Part shown: piece by piece, positions 1-53,600 of the stretch
Numbering within the stretch: the first letter of the stretch is position 1
Layout: every line of letters begins with the position of its first letter
Assembly (NCBI GenBank): GCA_964036045.1
Contig: OZ038378.1
Span: 190,712,001 to 190,776,000, forward strand
Origin: Eutreptiella sp. 'Long Island Sound 2002'
Taxonomy: Eukaryota; Protista; Euglenida
Direction: 5' to 3'
Length of the DNA: 64,000 bases
The notes under the pieces: generated by a model
The model's input: the letters and a program-made list of their open reading frames with translations, nothing else
The model's database searches: none
Told to the model about the DNA's origin: nothing
Translations under genes and position numbers: made by a program

Positions 1-299
1 GCGCCCTGCGGCGCTGCGGCCAGTTTGGGAAACCCGCCTAATTTGTGGAGCTTTTTAGATTCCACCTTGTTGTGCTCCCCGGGGGGCTTGGGGCCCGGTT
101 TTACCATATAGTATGGCCCTTTTATGTAGCCATATTGATCTCTCCCTACCATGGGGACCTCGAGAAGGCACGGATTATGTTACGGGGTGTCAACCCGGGG
201 GCAGGGGTTAGGTAGCCACTATGCCCACATGTGGGCCATTTCTGATTTTGTCCCCGTGCTGAGCATTGGGAGCCATTGATTTGTCCCCAGTAGCGGGGG

Positions 300-1480
300 A
301 CACTTGTTAAATGCAATCGTTAGCCCGCGGACAAGGGGCCCCTGGCGCGGGCCGCCGCCACCCACATTGAGCATTGTGTCCGATCCATCTACTCTCCAGG
401 CGGAGCCGCTGGCCTTGCTGCGCTAGTGGAACAGTCTGCAATAAAACAGGTTTCTCAAACCCTGCGGCGCCTGCGGCGCACCTGCGGCGCGCAGAAAGTG
501 TTCTCTGTGACCGATGCATGTGCTGCTTGCCTACCTGTGAGGCGGTCCATGTGGCACCGGTCAGCAACCCTCGAAGCATGGACAGCTATGTTTCCCTGCT
601 GAATTGCTCCAATCCCGTGGTGCACCCGCGTCTGCCGATGGCGCGTACCAGCCATCCGAATGTGTGGGGTTGGCCTGCCTCAAGCTGTCACAATGCCGCA
701 TGCGAGGCTGCCCTCAATGCGGTGTCAGAACAATTCCGGTCCTCCGCGACCAAGTTGAGCTCCTTGTGCTTGCTTGGCACTACCTACCGCCACTAGCAGC
801 CTCCCAGCGGCGCCCACGCTGGCAACCAAGCCAGTTTGAGCGCTGCCAAATGGGCCGTGTAGCGGCGGAGATGCTCCGCACTCCCAAATCGCTTGCAGGA
901 TGACTTGTGTGGCCCTGGGCACTCACGCAACCTTGGCTAGCCACCCAGTTGCTGATACTTGATGGGCATGACCGGGGACGTTCTATGCCCGGGAGATGGG
1001 AGGCAGCAAACGAACTCCTTTGCCCGACTTGGCCGCGTGGGTCTCCGGATGGCGCAAAGCGTCCGCATCTCCAGGCGGACTAGGTCCAAGTGTGATGCCT
1101 CCACTAGTTCCACACCGTGGAGTGCCGCCATCGCTAGCAAACTTGCGACCGCAGAGCAAGCGCCAAAAGATGTGGAAACAGCACCTCCTGTTGCTATGAC
1201 ATGGGCGTTGCTCTCGCAAGTGGTGGCGGGGGGGTAACCTCCCTCATCTAAGGTGCATGTGCATATTGATGGCATGAACGGCATGATGGCAAAAAGGCGT
1301 CAACTTGGAGATGAATCGACCCGGATTATGCCATTCTGCTAGGGGGGACTGTTCACCAAAAAGGTTTGGAACAAGACGGTAACGACTGGTGTCATTTCCC
1401 CATCTTCACAAACCCTCCTCCCTCTTTGTTGGTGACGCCATCCGTTGAGACCCAAACAAAACTCATGGATCCAAACCTCT
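300..1480 (-). mobile_element. Degraded non-LTR retrotransposon remnant (post-RT region, possible RNase H start)
   Basis: Broken minus-strand frames read LEMRTLCAIRRPTRPSRAKEFVCCLPSPGHRTSPVMPIKYQQLG, MLRGLLTGATWT and VDGS (392-381), with stops between them. From memory these resemble the C-terminal half of protist LINE ORF2; no search was run. Confidence 0.45.
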
Positions 1481-2088
1481 TCCTGATCCTCAAGACAACG
1501 TGCCTGAAAGTGCCCAACCCTGGAACACAGCAGTGTCCATGTTTGTTGGCGCACAGGCACGATAACGGCCTCTAGCCGCTTCCGCTTGTCGTGTTGTTGT
1601 GTTCAAGGGGCGCATGGCAGTGGTCTTCCGGGCTAGACAGATGACAAAAGTCTCGCAGGTGGGGGGATAGATCACTCACAAGGGCATACAAGGAAGCTGG
1701 CATATGCGGCCAGTACACGCACAAGGCCATTTTCCAGTCAAGTTGGGCAAATTAGTTTGGCCGGCAGACAGACAGTGTGGACGGACCCTCTCCAGATCAC
1801 TGACCCTTTCGTAACAAAGACGTCCACAGGGACCTTCAAGACCCGGTTCCCTCAGAGGCAAGTTACTGCGGCACGGCGGAGGGGGGGGCGGGCAAAAGCT
1901 CAGCAAGTTTGCCGGTTGGGACCTCCGGATGTGCATAATTGTGACAGTTTTGGAGAGGAAGTTGCAGACACTGTTTGTCCCCAAACGGCTGGGAACCGTA
2001 TTTTGGTACATGAGAGTGGGACAGTGGTCCCGCTGCTCGGGAGTGCTGCTTCTGCCCCCATCGCGTCCCCTCCACTATGCAGTCATTT

Positions 2089-42778
<40,690 letters not shown>

Positions 42779-43679
42779 CTGTGAGACGATAAAGGATTGG
42801 GGCTTCACTGCTTTAGGGAGAAAAGTCTCCGCGTGGCCACCTAACGGGCCATGACATGACACTGCTCCGCTGACCGCCCCCTTCAAACTAACCTCCCTGC
42901 CCCCTCTCTGGGGCCCTCTGGGCCCAATTGTAGTGTTGGGCGAGTCGGACATAGACCTGTTCAGACCCAACCTCCGTGGGGCAATACAGCCTCCACGGCC
43001 AAAATAGGGGGCTTGTGGGCCACATTGCGGATTGGGTGGGGCTGGGTTGCAGAAGGGGCAGGAAGGTGGAATAGGGAGGCACAAGGTCAACGCCAGTCAA
43101 CAAATGTCAACAAGGCATTGCAACCTGTGTATACGGCCTACAGGGGATCCTTTGAGCAGGACCATGAGGTGTTTTTACACCTGTTGTTTCGCTGAGGTGT
43201 TTTGCTACCTTGTTCTAGCCCACCTATGCTCGGAGTCCATGGCATGACCTCAAGGCGTGAGCTGGTAACACTGACATCAGTGCTACCACCCGAGCTCCAC
43301 AACTCATCCCCCTCCACCCACCCCCCGCTTCTTGCCTCGCCCCTCATCTTCCCCGGAATCTGTCTCACTGGACCCCATTTCACTGCCTCTGAAGTCCCCA
43401 CTAGGGCCCATTGCATGCAGGCATAGGGGGACTGTGGCAACAGTCAAGACAGCTCAACCACCCAAAAGCGATGGTATTGCCGCTGCCTTGTGACCCTCCA
43501 TGGCAAGAGTGGCACTTTGTCAATGATTTGGTTCAGCTAACAACCAGAACTCAATTCAAGCGCTCCTTCCAAAAGAGTCCGAGTTTATCACAGCTGCCAA
43601 TATCCATTGCATGCAAGCATGCATGAACCGAGGAGGAAGGAGGCAGACTCACAATGAGAAGTTGCCATCTATGTTCAAT

Positions 43680-44640
43680 CAATGGCCATTTTCAGCCTGT
43701 TCTTGGCCGTTTCGTGAATCATTTTGAGAATTCAAGTCGGAAACTTTTTGCCAAGCTACTGCTTCCAAATGGGGCCATTGTTTTTCGACAATGAATGGGA
43801 CATGAAAGGATAGCGAACAAAGCATTGAGGACGCATATTTCATGACACGCATGACTCTGCAAAGACTCCGCAAAATTGGCCATTTTAGTGGTAAAAAACA
43901 TCATTTTCAGCCATGTTTCAACCGCAGAATTCCGGACAGTGACTGCTGCATCAAACTGGTGCTTTCAAATGGAGCCATTGGTATTTCAACATGATCGTGA
44001 CATACAGGCAATGCAAATGGGCACAGGGAAGATGTGAGAAGGAGGAACAAGGAGGGACAGGAGGACTTTTTGGGTTCGGTTACGTCCCTTCTAGACCTCA
44101 TTAAAGTCCAGGAGCACTTATGTAATAATAACTTTGTAAGCATTACTAACAACTCCCAAGAACTAAGAACTTTTCGCAAGATAATAAACTAATTCTTCCA
44201 AGATACCATTTGAAATTTGAAGCACGATTGCTTCACATCGATTGCCATACTAATGGGCAACTTTTCCCCAATCAGTTTACCAAACAGATATGTTGGCAGC
44301 TCTTGATGGCCAAAAGAAGAGGGCCAAAAATGGCCATTTTCAGCTTGCTTTTGGCTTTTTCATCTTGGAATTCAGGACAAAGGCTGGTGTACCAAGCAGG
44401 TGCTTCCAAACGGAGTGTTTCCCATTCGACAATGACTGATCCATAAAAGGAATGCAAAACGCGAAAGAATAAGCCAATTCCAAGATGTGGCCCCATGCTA
44501 GGGCTGTTTCGGTGGTCAAAAACAGCCGTTTCATTCCTAGATTTCATGACGATTCAGGACTTCTAATGGTGTGCCAAGCAGGTGCTTCCAAATAGAGCCC
44601 TTCCTGTTCCGCAATGATTGGGCTCTGAAGAAAAACCAAA
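43680..44640. repeat. Degenerate dispersed repeats (GCTTCCAAATGGRGCC core x4), probably a non-autonomous DNA element
   Basis: Core near 43762, 43960, 44401 and 44583, with CCATTTT motifs. Confidence 0.55.
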
Positions 44641-45644
44641 TGGGAGGAGAAACAACGACAACGACAATGACAATGAGGAGGAGGACAGGACTGCTGCCAG
44701 GATTGGTGCCAACACTCAATGCAAGGTCGAGTCCTGCAGAGAGCCTAGAGGGATTGGCACAGACTGGGCCCCAGTATACTGCCCCCGTCAGCTGCCACTT
44801 CATCGTTGTGGCCCCACACCACTGCCTATGTGTGGGCGCCTGGACTAAGGCCCTGCACAGGTGCTGCGCTGTAGGAGGTCCATGCAGCAGCATTTTGTGT
44901 GGCAGCATTGCGGTTAAGGTCTGGAGGGGTGTGGGGTGGGTTGGGCCACAGCATGGTTCCGGCATTTGGGTGTGTAGAAGGGGTGGGGGGACCATAAATA
45001 GCGGGGAAACCAGGATGGGTCAGCAGGGTCAGGTACGCCTTTTGGGTGCCCCGATCATATCCAGGCCAGTGGCCTTCGGTCCCCAGCAGATCCGGGGTCC
45101 TGCGCCTAGGCCCTCACCTTGGTGGGCAGAGCGGGGTGGGCTACATGTGGTTAGTTGGCACTGAAAGGGCAGGTGGGTTTGGGGCTGGAAGCAGCAGACC
45201 TGTGATCATGGCTGGTGGGGGCAGCAAGGCAACACACCGTAGCACAGCAACAGTAGCGCACTCAGGCCAATGCCACATGTCTTCATGTGGCACAATCACT
45301 GTCCGCCAAGCACCATCTTTGTGAAAGAAAACCCCTGAAAAATAAGTGGCAAGCGGCATGTCAAAGCGCCCTGTCCTCTGGTGCCTGCATGCCTGCAAGC
45401 CCTGTGCACCTGTCCGCTTTCACAGGAGCATTTGACACCATCGTTCTGCTATTGGAGACCCCTTTTCAGACCTTCATCCATGCCACCATTTGAGAGGGAC
45501 TCAAGCAGAGACAGGGCCAAAGAAAAGCGTACAATGGGGCATTGTACAGGCCCTTTGCCTCAGCGTACTTCTTGAAGAAGTGCACCGCGCTCCGTGAGCA
45601 TGTGCGCGTGCTTCTGCCCACGTAAGAGGTGCGGCAGTTCTTAT

Positions 45645-47830
45645 GTATCATATCTGTTTCCTCACCACCATTGATGATTTTGTTGCATCATATCTGTTTG
45701 CTCACGGGCATTGATATTTCTTCTGCTTCTGTCCGTTTCCTCATGGCAAATGATGGTTCTTCTACATCATAGTTGTCTCGTCACGGCCATTGATGGCTCT
45801 TGTGCATCATATCAGTTTCCTCACAACCATTAATGGTTCTCCAGGTTCTTCTGCGGCATACTTGTTTCCTCACGGCCATTGATGGTTCCTTTGCATCATA
45901 TCTGTTTCCACACTGCCATCGATGATTCTTCTTCATCATAACGGTTTCCTCGCCGCCATTGATGGTTCTTCTGCTTCATATTTGGTTCCTCACATCCATT
46001 GATGGTCCTTCTGCATCACATCCGTTTCCTGAGGGCCATTAATGGTAATTCTGAATCATATCCGTTTCCTCGGGGCCATTGATGGTCCTTCTGCATCGTA
46101 TATGTTTCCTCATAGCCGTTGATGGTTCCTTTGCATTATATGTGCTTCCTCATGGCAATCGATGGTGCCTTTGAATCTTGGGGGGGGGGATTATGTGCTC
46201 AGCCGCAACAGGAAAAAATGTGGCAAAAATGTGGTGTTATGTGGTATTATGTGGTAATACGTGGTAAAATATGTGGACTTCTGCCCATCAAATTTTTTCC
46301 AAACACATGGCCCTGGATGGCCAGCCATTAGATCCTGAGGGGTTCCATGCATGCTATGAATCTCTGGCGTTCAATGGACATAAGCAAACCACAACACTTT
46401 CAGTCTATGTGAAGCCCACATCAGTCTTTACTCCAATCGTCCTTCAAATCTCCATTATAGTGTGTCATGAAAGCTTGCCAGCGGCCATTGCCATCCAGAC
46501 CATGTCCCTGGTCTAGACCATGTCCCTGGTCTGTATCTGTGTACTTGGCAAATGAAAAAAAGCGCTCAACACTGCCAGTCCCCATCACCATGGTGATCCT
46601 ACTGTGACACATGACATGGAACATTTGATGCAACAAGCAAACAGCAAACAAACAAACAGTAAGGACCACAACACTGCTCACAAGCACAACGGTAACCATC
46701 ATTCCTCAGTGACTTTAACCTAAGGGACCATCAAGAAAGATGTGCAAAATATGTGCAAATATGTGCACCACATAATCCCCCCCCCAGAATTTGAATCCTA
46801 TTTGTTTCCTCCCATTGACCATTCTTATGCATTATATTTGTTTCCTCAGGACCATCAGTCATTCTTGTGCATCAAAAATGTCTCCTCACAGCCATTGTTC
46901 ACTATTCCGCATCATATCTGTGACCTCACGTTCATTGATCATTCTTCTGCATCATACCTATCACCTCACGGCCATTGATGTTTCTTCTGCATCATGTCCA
47001 TGATGCTTCCTCGTGGCCATTGATGGTTGGTTTGCATCGTATGTGCAAGCATTAATTAAACACCGGCCCAAAGCTTTGCGGCCAGTGGCCAATAGAATGT
47101 AAATTTCAGTGTAAATTTTTGTTTCTTTCACATTTCTACCGCTTTTCTTGCTACAAGCCTTATTCTTCCCACCCCTTCCCCACCTGTTTCATAAAAGACC
47201 ATTGGTTTATTCATGCATGTGACGTGCACAACAAATGAGTAGGCAAAAGGGAGCAGAAGACAATATTCGTCAAAGACCACAAACTGTTGCATTGTGCAAC
47301 GGCGCATCTCCCCAGCTGCGGGTGAAACAAAACCTGTCACAGGGGACAGTCCAAACGCATCCATGTGTGCCCGCTCAGACTGGGTTGGCCACGCAATGTA
47401 TGCTCAGGTCATTGATGATTCTTTTGCATCATATATGTTTCCTCACAGCAAAAGGGAACATGCATGGTGCAGAGGAACCATCAATAGCCGTGAGGAAACT
47501 GATATGATGCACAAGAACTCACAGCAATAGAATTCATGGATGGTTCTTTTGTGGCATATCTCTTTCCTCGTGGCGCCATTGATGGTTCTTCTGCATGACA
47601 TGTGTTTGCTCACGGCCATTGATCGTTCTCATGTGTTTCCTCGTGGGCATTTCATGTTTCTTTTGCATCATATCTGTCTCCTCAAGTCCGTAAATGGTTC
47701 TTCTGCATCCTATTTGTTTCCCCACATCCATTGATGGTTTCTCTCGATCATACCTATTTCCTTACAGATGTTAATGATTCTTACAACCATTGATGTTTCC
47801 TCTGCATCATATCCTCACAGCTGTTTGTGT
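45645..47830. repeat. Diverged ~40-bp satellite in three blocks
   Basis: Consensus GCATCATATCTGTTTCCTCACGGCCATTGATGGTTCTTCT at 45645-46170, 46800-47040 and 47400-47830. One unit is inverted near 47474-47515. Confidence 0.9.
46421..46600 (-). mobile_element. Candidate hAT transposase C-terminal dimerisation fragment
   Basis: GTGSVERFFSFAKYTDTDQGHGLD...WQAFMTHYNGDL resembles the S-x2-ER-x-FS motif; carries an internal 18-bp duplication. Confidence 0.5.
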
Positions 47831-50546
47831 GGGGATGTTGAATGTCCACCACCATTTTCTGAAGGTTTTGAAGACACATGAGCATTGGCCACATGTCTAA
47901 CACCACCAGGGGGGGGTGGCTTGGGGGGATATGACTCTCCTCCTTGCAAACTGATTAAATTCCTTTGAACATTGCTTTGGATTGTTGCTGTTACTACCGG
48001 CTAAGCTCTAGATGATTGCGGTTATTTCGTGCTGGCCTCTAATGGGTTGCTATTGTTTCTTGATGGGCTTTGGATGGCCGCTTATATTGCCTGGCCAGCT
48101 CTGGATGGTTGGTGTTACTACTTGATGGGCTTTAAAGGTTGTTGCTGTTGGTTCCAGGTGAGGTCTGGATTGTTGCTGTTCACCCTCCCTGCTTCAGAAG
48201 AGTCACAGGATGCAATTAACATAAAACAATGCATATAATTCCCACACATGAATCACTCCAAGCAAGTCAAATGCATGACAGGAGAATATCCTCTGCCTCT
48301 GAGTCACTGTGTTCATCAAACTTTTTCCGTTTTGTGCCTTTGTCCTTATGTGCAGCCCCCCATCTGCAGTTGCACTTCTTGCATCACAACTCAAACAGAT
48401 GGTCAAAAACAGTCAAGAATACAAGCGTTCAACCATTTTTACCACAACATTTTTACCCCGACACCATGCGCACATACAGAGCCCACCAAGCACAAAACTA
48501 TTGAGTAGCATCACCTGTTGGCAGTGGACAAGAAGAGATGCGATGCATCATATGGCACATCATTGGTTCCGGAACACCGGAGCAAAATTTTCTGCATTGA
48601 CCATATGCCAATTTTCAGACATGCCAGAAAGGTGTACACATGTCCCCAGGTCTGGAGGTCCGCGGGTCCAGACAGGCATCAGTTGCAACCCAATAAATAC
48701 TCTGTGGGCACCAAAGCAAGCAACAATCACCGAAACATTCAAAACACATGTCGGCTTCCATGTCTTTGTTTTGGTTTACATCCGCTGCCACTGCCACTGG
48801 CACTATCACATTCAGTGTCACTTTCACTGTCACTGTCACTGTCACTGTCACTGTCACTGCTGCTGGAACAGCAGCAAGTACACAACTACAGGGACCCTGA
48901 GACATGTCCACGGGTAGCCAACCCCCCCACCCCACCCAAGCCCTGACCTGGCGTGATTCTTATTGGCATCCCTGGGGTGGATTGGTGCTTGTGTGTTGTT
49001 CCTTGTACAGAAAAATACTGCCAAGGTCGCCCTGTGACACTTTGTGTTGCAACAGGGCCAGGCTGGTGTTGCCATACTTTTGTTTGGGCAGTCCACCTGT
49101 CCTGATGGCAGGAGTGGGCCCATCTGGGATTGTTTGTGTGGGGATGGTGAATGTCCACCACCATTTCCCAGAGGTCTTGAAGAAGGGTGTCCAGAACCCC
49201 TTGCATAAAGGTTGAGGATGAAAATGCTATGTGTGCATTACCCACATGTCTAACGCCACTGTTCCTGTAAAGCTAGGGCCAGAAAATGAGAAAAGAGTTT
49301 GTTTGTGCATCCATCACATGCACAAGGAGGGACAGCATGTTCTGCTGCTCCCGTAAGACAAGAAGGAACAGCTACCCACGTTTTTGCACAGCTGTCTTCA
49401 GAAAGCCCCTCATTTTAGGGGTGAGCCTGGGCCCTTGTAAATTCACGTTGGGGGTGGGTAGTGGGGAGGGTGATGCCAGCCCTGAGTGTAACTGTGGTCT
49501 GTGATTAAGGGAGGGTGCCGGGGAGGGGGCTAAGTTTGATTTACACAAACTGGGGGTGAAGCCCCGTTCCCCATTCACCAGGAGTGAAAATGCATGCACA
49601 TGCTGCAGCAACACTGCATCACGGGGACCTCCTGTTGGAATCCTGCCTGGAGGCCCAAAAGACCCATTGTGACTCCTGCAGCTCCAGCCTCAACTCAAAC
49701 ACCACCATGTCCAGAGGAGCACCATACCCCATGTACGAGGCACCATTGCAGCGTGGTTTCATGGCCCAAACAGAAAGTTGCATGCCTGATGCGTTTGTGC
49801 ACATTACCAAAGTGCTTCGCTCCTTTGATGTGGGGGTTGCCACACTAACATGCATTTTCACCGCCAATGGCGGCACTACTCAAAGTCCAAGCGGTTAAGC
49901 TGTCGCTCACACTACCATCTGAGTGATTCTTACCACATGCACGAAATTGAACCCGCAAAGTGTTTCAGTACATATCGAAAGTGCAGGATCCCCTGCCTCT
50001 TTGTTTACTAATCACATGATTTTACCCAAGGCCTCTGATCCTGACATGGTGGCCGATATGGATGCCAGCATGTCTTGGAATGATCTACATTTGAGACCTC
50101 CAATAACAGGTTCCTGTAATGTTACCTGCATGGCGTGATGCAGTACAGAAGATGTGTGGCACAATGCTGCATCTCGGCCATGCAACTTAGTGCTGTCCAT
50201 CTTTTTCGCAGTCAGCGGGGAGCAAGTGGGTACAAGCTGCACTGCACCTGCACGTCCACCGAGTCCAATGTCAGCCAACCAAAGGGTCTCAACCAGTAGT
50301 CCGAACACAGTGAGCCATGCCCATGTGCTGTTGAGGCTTCAGGTGTGGAATTGCCCATACCCATACAATTTGGCATCAGACGCTCCTTCGGATTTCCAGA
50401 CCGGCAGGGGTCACAACGGACTGCACAATTGCTACCATCCCACAGCACAATTTCCGGTACTTCCCTTGCACACTTCTGCCCAGCACCGCAATTGCCCCCG
50501 AAGTGAATGCACTTCGGCAGGCACGTCCGCAAGAAATCTAAGGGAC

Positions 50547-50651
50547 TTACGCTGGCTGCATGCCAGAGAGCAGCTGCTGCAAGTTCGCCTGCATCCGTGG
50601 TGCAACACTCTGCAGAACCCGCTGGTAGCCCTCGGGATGGGCAGCGTGCAT
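50547..50651 (-). CDS. IPO7: Importin-7/8-like terminal exon (MHAAHPEGYQRVLQSVAPRMQANLQQLLSGMQPA*)
   Basis: ccacgcag|atg, phase 0; amphipathic helix followed by TAA. Confidence 0.75.
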   Translation of the reverse strand: MHAAHPEGYQRVLQSVAPRMQANLQQLLSGMQPA

Positions 50652-53600
50652 CTGCGTGGAAATGAATATACGACGGGCAAGGGTAGCGGAGACGGCTCAA
50701 CAGGCTGGAGGGCCGCAAAGAGGAGGCATGAAGGATGCAGACGGGAACTATAGGCAGCGTCCTGGGGATTAGGTCAACTCACACCAAGGAAATACCCAAT
50801 ACGCATACCCCCCCCGCTTGATATCTCGCCCCCCCAAAGGGAATGGGAGGGGACGGTCATGAAGTGACGCCCCCCCCCCACCGCCGAAGGGAGATTGCAC
50901 CACACAACAGTAGCACTAATACTGCAGCAGTTCCAGTATGACCTCAAAAAAATTTTCTTTGGCACCTTCGGCGCGTACTATTTCCTATGCTTTTGAGGCC
51001 AAACGACGGTTGCAAAGGGGGGGGGGGGATTTCAAGGGGGGCGGCAGGTACAATCTCACACCGAGGCCTGTGCTGGAAGCAGGGGGCAAATAGAGACACC
51101 TCAAACAGGTGACTGCTCCAACCTCTGTCAACTGCCCTCCGACCATTCACTAGCCGCCCTCCCCTGCGCTTCCAAATGCCAATACTGCGTTCTGCCACAG
51201 CCGTTGACTACATCCCTCCCTCGAGCGGAAGGCCCCTGACACGTCTTGCGGCGCCATTTCCAGCCCTTGTACAAGCCTTCAGAACTGATGCCCCCCACAC
51301 ACGGACCTGCGCACGCGCAACATCCGCCCTCATGCAACGGCCCCGAACCCTAACCAGCAACGCCCCACAGACACAAGCCCTCACGCAGAGCACCTGCGCC
51401 AGACAATCCCGCAGAAGCGCGCTCTCGCTGATGTGAAGCACAGGGCAGTCACGGGCCTCGTTGGGCAGTTCAGCACCCAGAGCCCGTGCGAGGGAGATGG
51501 CCTGGTCCAACTGCCGCTGCTGAATCCCCTGCGGGGCTGTGGGGGGCTGGTCAATGGTCTGCGGCCGGGAGTCGCCATCAGGGATGCACACAGCCTCGCC
51601 GCTCCATTCCTCGTCCTCTTCCCACTCCTCATCCTCGTCACCATCCTCCGCTGCATCCCAGTCCTCAGAACCGTCCCAGTCTCGGCCTTCATCCTCGTCC
51701 TCATCCTCCTCTTCTTCATCTCCGTCCGCATCGTAAGCCTCAGCCGCCTCTGCTGCGAGGGCTGGACACTGTGCCACAAGTGAGACCACAGCGCTGGTGA
51801 CTAGCGCCACGGCCTCGGGAGGAAACCACTGCCCGTGCCAAATGCTGCTCTGGAGAACACATACGAGTGCAATTGCATTCAATTTTGCGTCGTAGTGACG
51901 CGTGTACTGAGGAACAAGGTCGGCCCATTGCGTGAGGATGGGACCGAGGAGGCCTCTGTGGTGCAGCCACTGCAGCGCAGCGCTTGTGTTGCAGAACAGC
52001 CCACAGGCCACCGCATTGAACCACAGCACCCGAAACCCGAGGCCCAGATCCTGCGCGCGCAACGCGCCTGGCGGCTGCGCGTGCGGCTGCAACACCCACA
52101 ACACATCATAGCACTGGGGCAGGAACGCCTCTATGCCCGGGCAGGGCTTGCAGTACTGCAGTGCACTGTCCAGAGCCCTGGGCACAACATGGTACGTAGC
52201 CCTGAGGTCTGGGTCATTGGCCACAGTGCTGAGCAGCCGCAGGAACATATCGCTGTACTTTTCTCGTTTCACGGGGCAGACGCCCTGCAAAAAGCCATTG
52301 GGGTCACGGGCCAAGTAGAGGTCCAGACACGGTAGGCACTGCGCCACACCATCAAGGCCATAGTGCTGCAGGTACGAGAGCAGGGCCCCGAAGGCGGCCC
52401 ACAGTCCCACAGAGACAGAGGGGCTGCAGCGCACGAGCGTCTCCAGCAGCTCCACGGTCTCGTCCCAATAGTCCTCCCTTTGAGGCGTGAGCAGGTGCTG
52501 CAACAGCGTCACGACGTCCTGTTCCAGGGCCTGGTACATGTCTTGCCCTTTGAGAGCCACAAGAAGCGCCGCAAGGGCTTGCAGACTTGCGGCTGCCGCA
52601 AGAGCCTGATTCACTTCCGCGTCATCGCCAGGGTCGTCTCCCCCAGCATCGGCCGCGGTCCTGACGAAGTACTCGCAGAGCATCGTGCATAAACGCGGTG
52701 CCGCTGACCTCATCTCTGCGCCATAGTTCCGGATGAGCACCTGCGCGAACACCAGCCCAAGCCTGAGCGCAGTGCGAAGGACAACCCCCCTCCAACCCAA
52801 AACGAACGCATCAGCAATGCCCCGTTGGGCTCCCACTGCCTCTCCAAAGCCACGAGCCACCCGCTGCTTCTGGAGTCTCACCAAGGAAAGCGCAGGTCAT
52901 GTGCAGAAAAAAGCGTGAGTCGCGTACTTTTTTTTTTTCGCGTAAATCGCGTGCACTTTTTGCTTAGTGGAGGTCGCGTATCAAAATAAGCGACAAAAAA
53001 TTTTTCGCATAAATTGCGTGCATTTTTTTGGCACAATTTGCGTACAATCTTTTGTCCAAAAAAAAAACAGAGAACGACAAGAACCACCCAAGAACCGCCA
53101 TTGCTACCGGAGGAGGTGAAGGATATCGCCCCAACAGACATTTTGGGTGTCACCAGCATGGCATGGATAAAGCAATGGAGCCGTGCGTGAAAGGTGACTT
53201 GGGAGGAGAGGAGAGAAGAGGAGAGGAGCGAAAACAGGAGCAGAATGTGCTACAAAACATGCAGCATTTTCAGTTTTTTTCCACACGCGACTTACACCCA
53301 TAAAAAAAGGCATGCGGCCTATAGCAAACAAAAAAATCCATCTGACGCTTGACACTCTTACACCAGCTGCCTGCAGTGTCATCAACCAAATGTCTGCCCA
53401 GAGCCGAGGCCTGATGTGCAAAGAGCAGCCTGCCACAGTGCACTGGGTGTCCCCAAAGGTCGGAAAAGAGTGTCACCTGCTGTAGCGCAATCATTCACTG
53501 GTCCATTTTCTTAACCTGTATGCTTCATCCCCCTCTTCTTGCACGGTGGCTTCCTGAATAAAACTGGCAGGACCACTGATGGAATAAAGTGCGTAGCACT

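Noticed and set aside
47822-49260. Transposase call for the duplicated segment reading FxTxxKWWWTFxIPTQ
   Set aside because: The ~80-bp duplication (47822 and 49131) is real, but the peptide is too short to assign.
43138-50310. First exons or signal peptide of the REJ gene
   Set aside because: Several GT/AG-bounded candidates exist (e.g. near 43225 and 50030), but none has a signal peptide or homology support; left unresolved.
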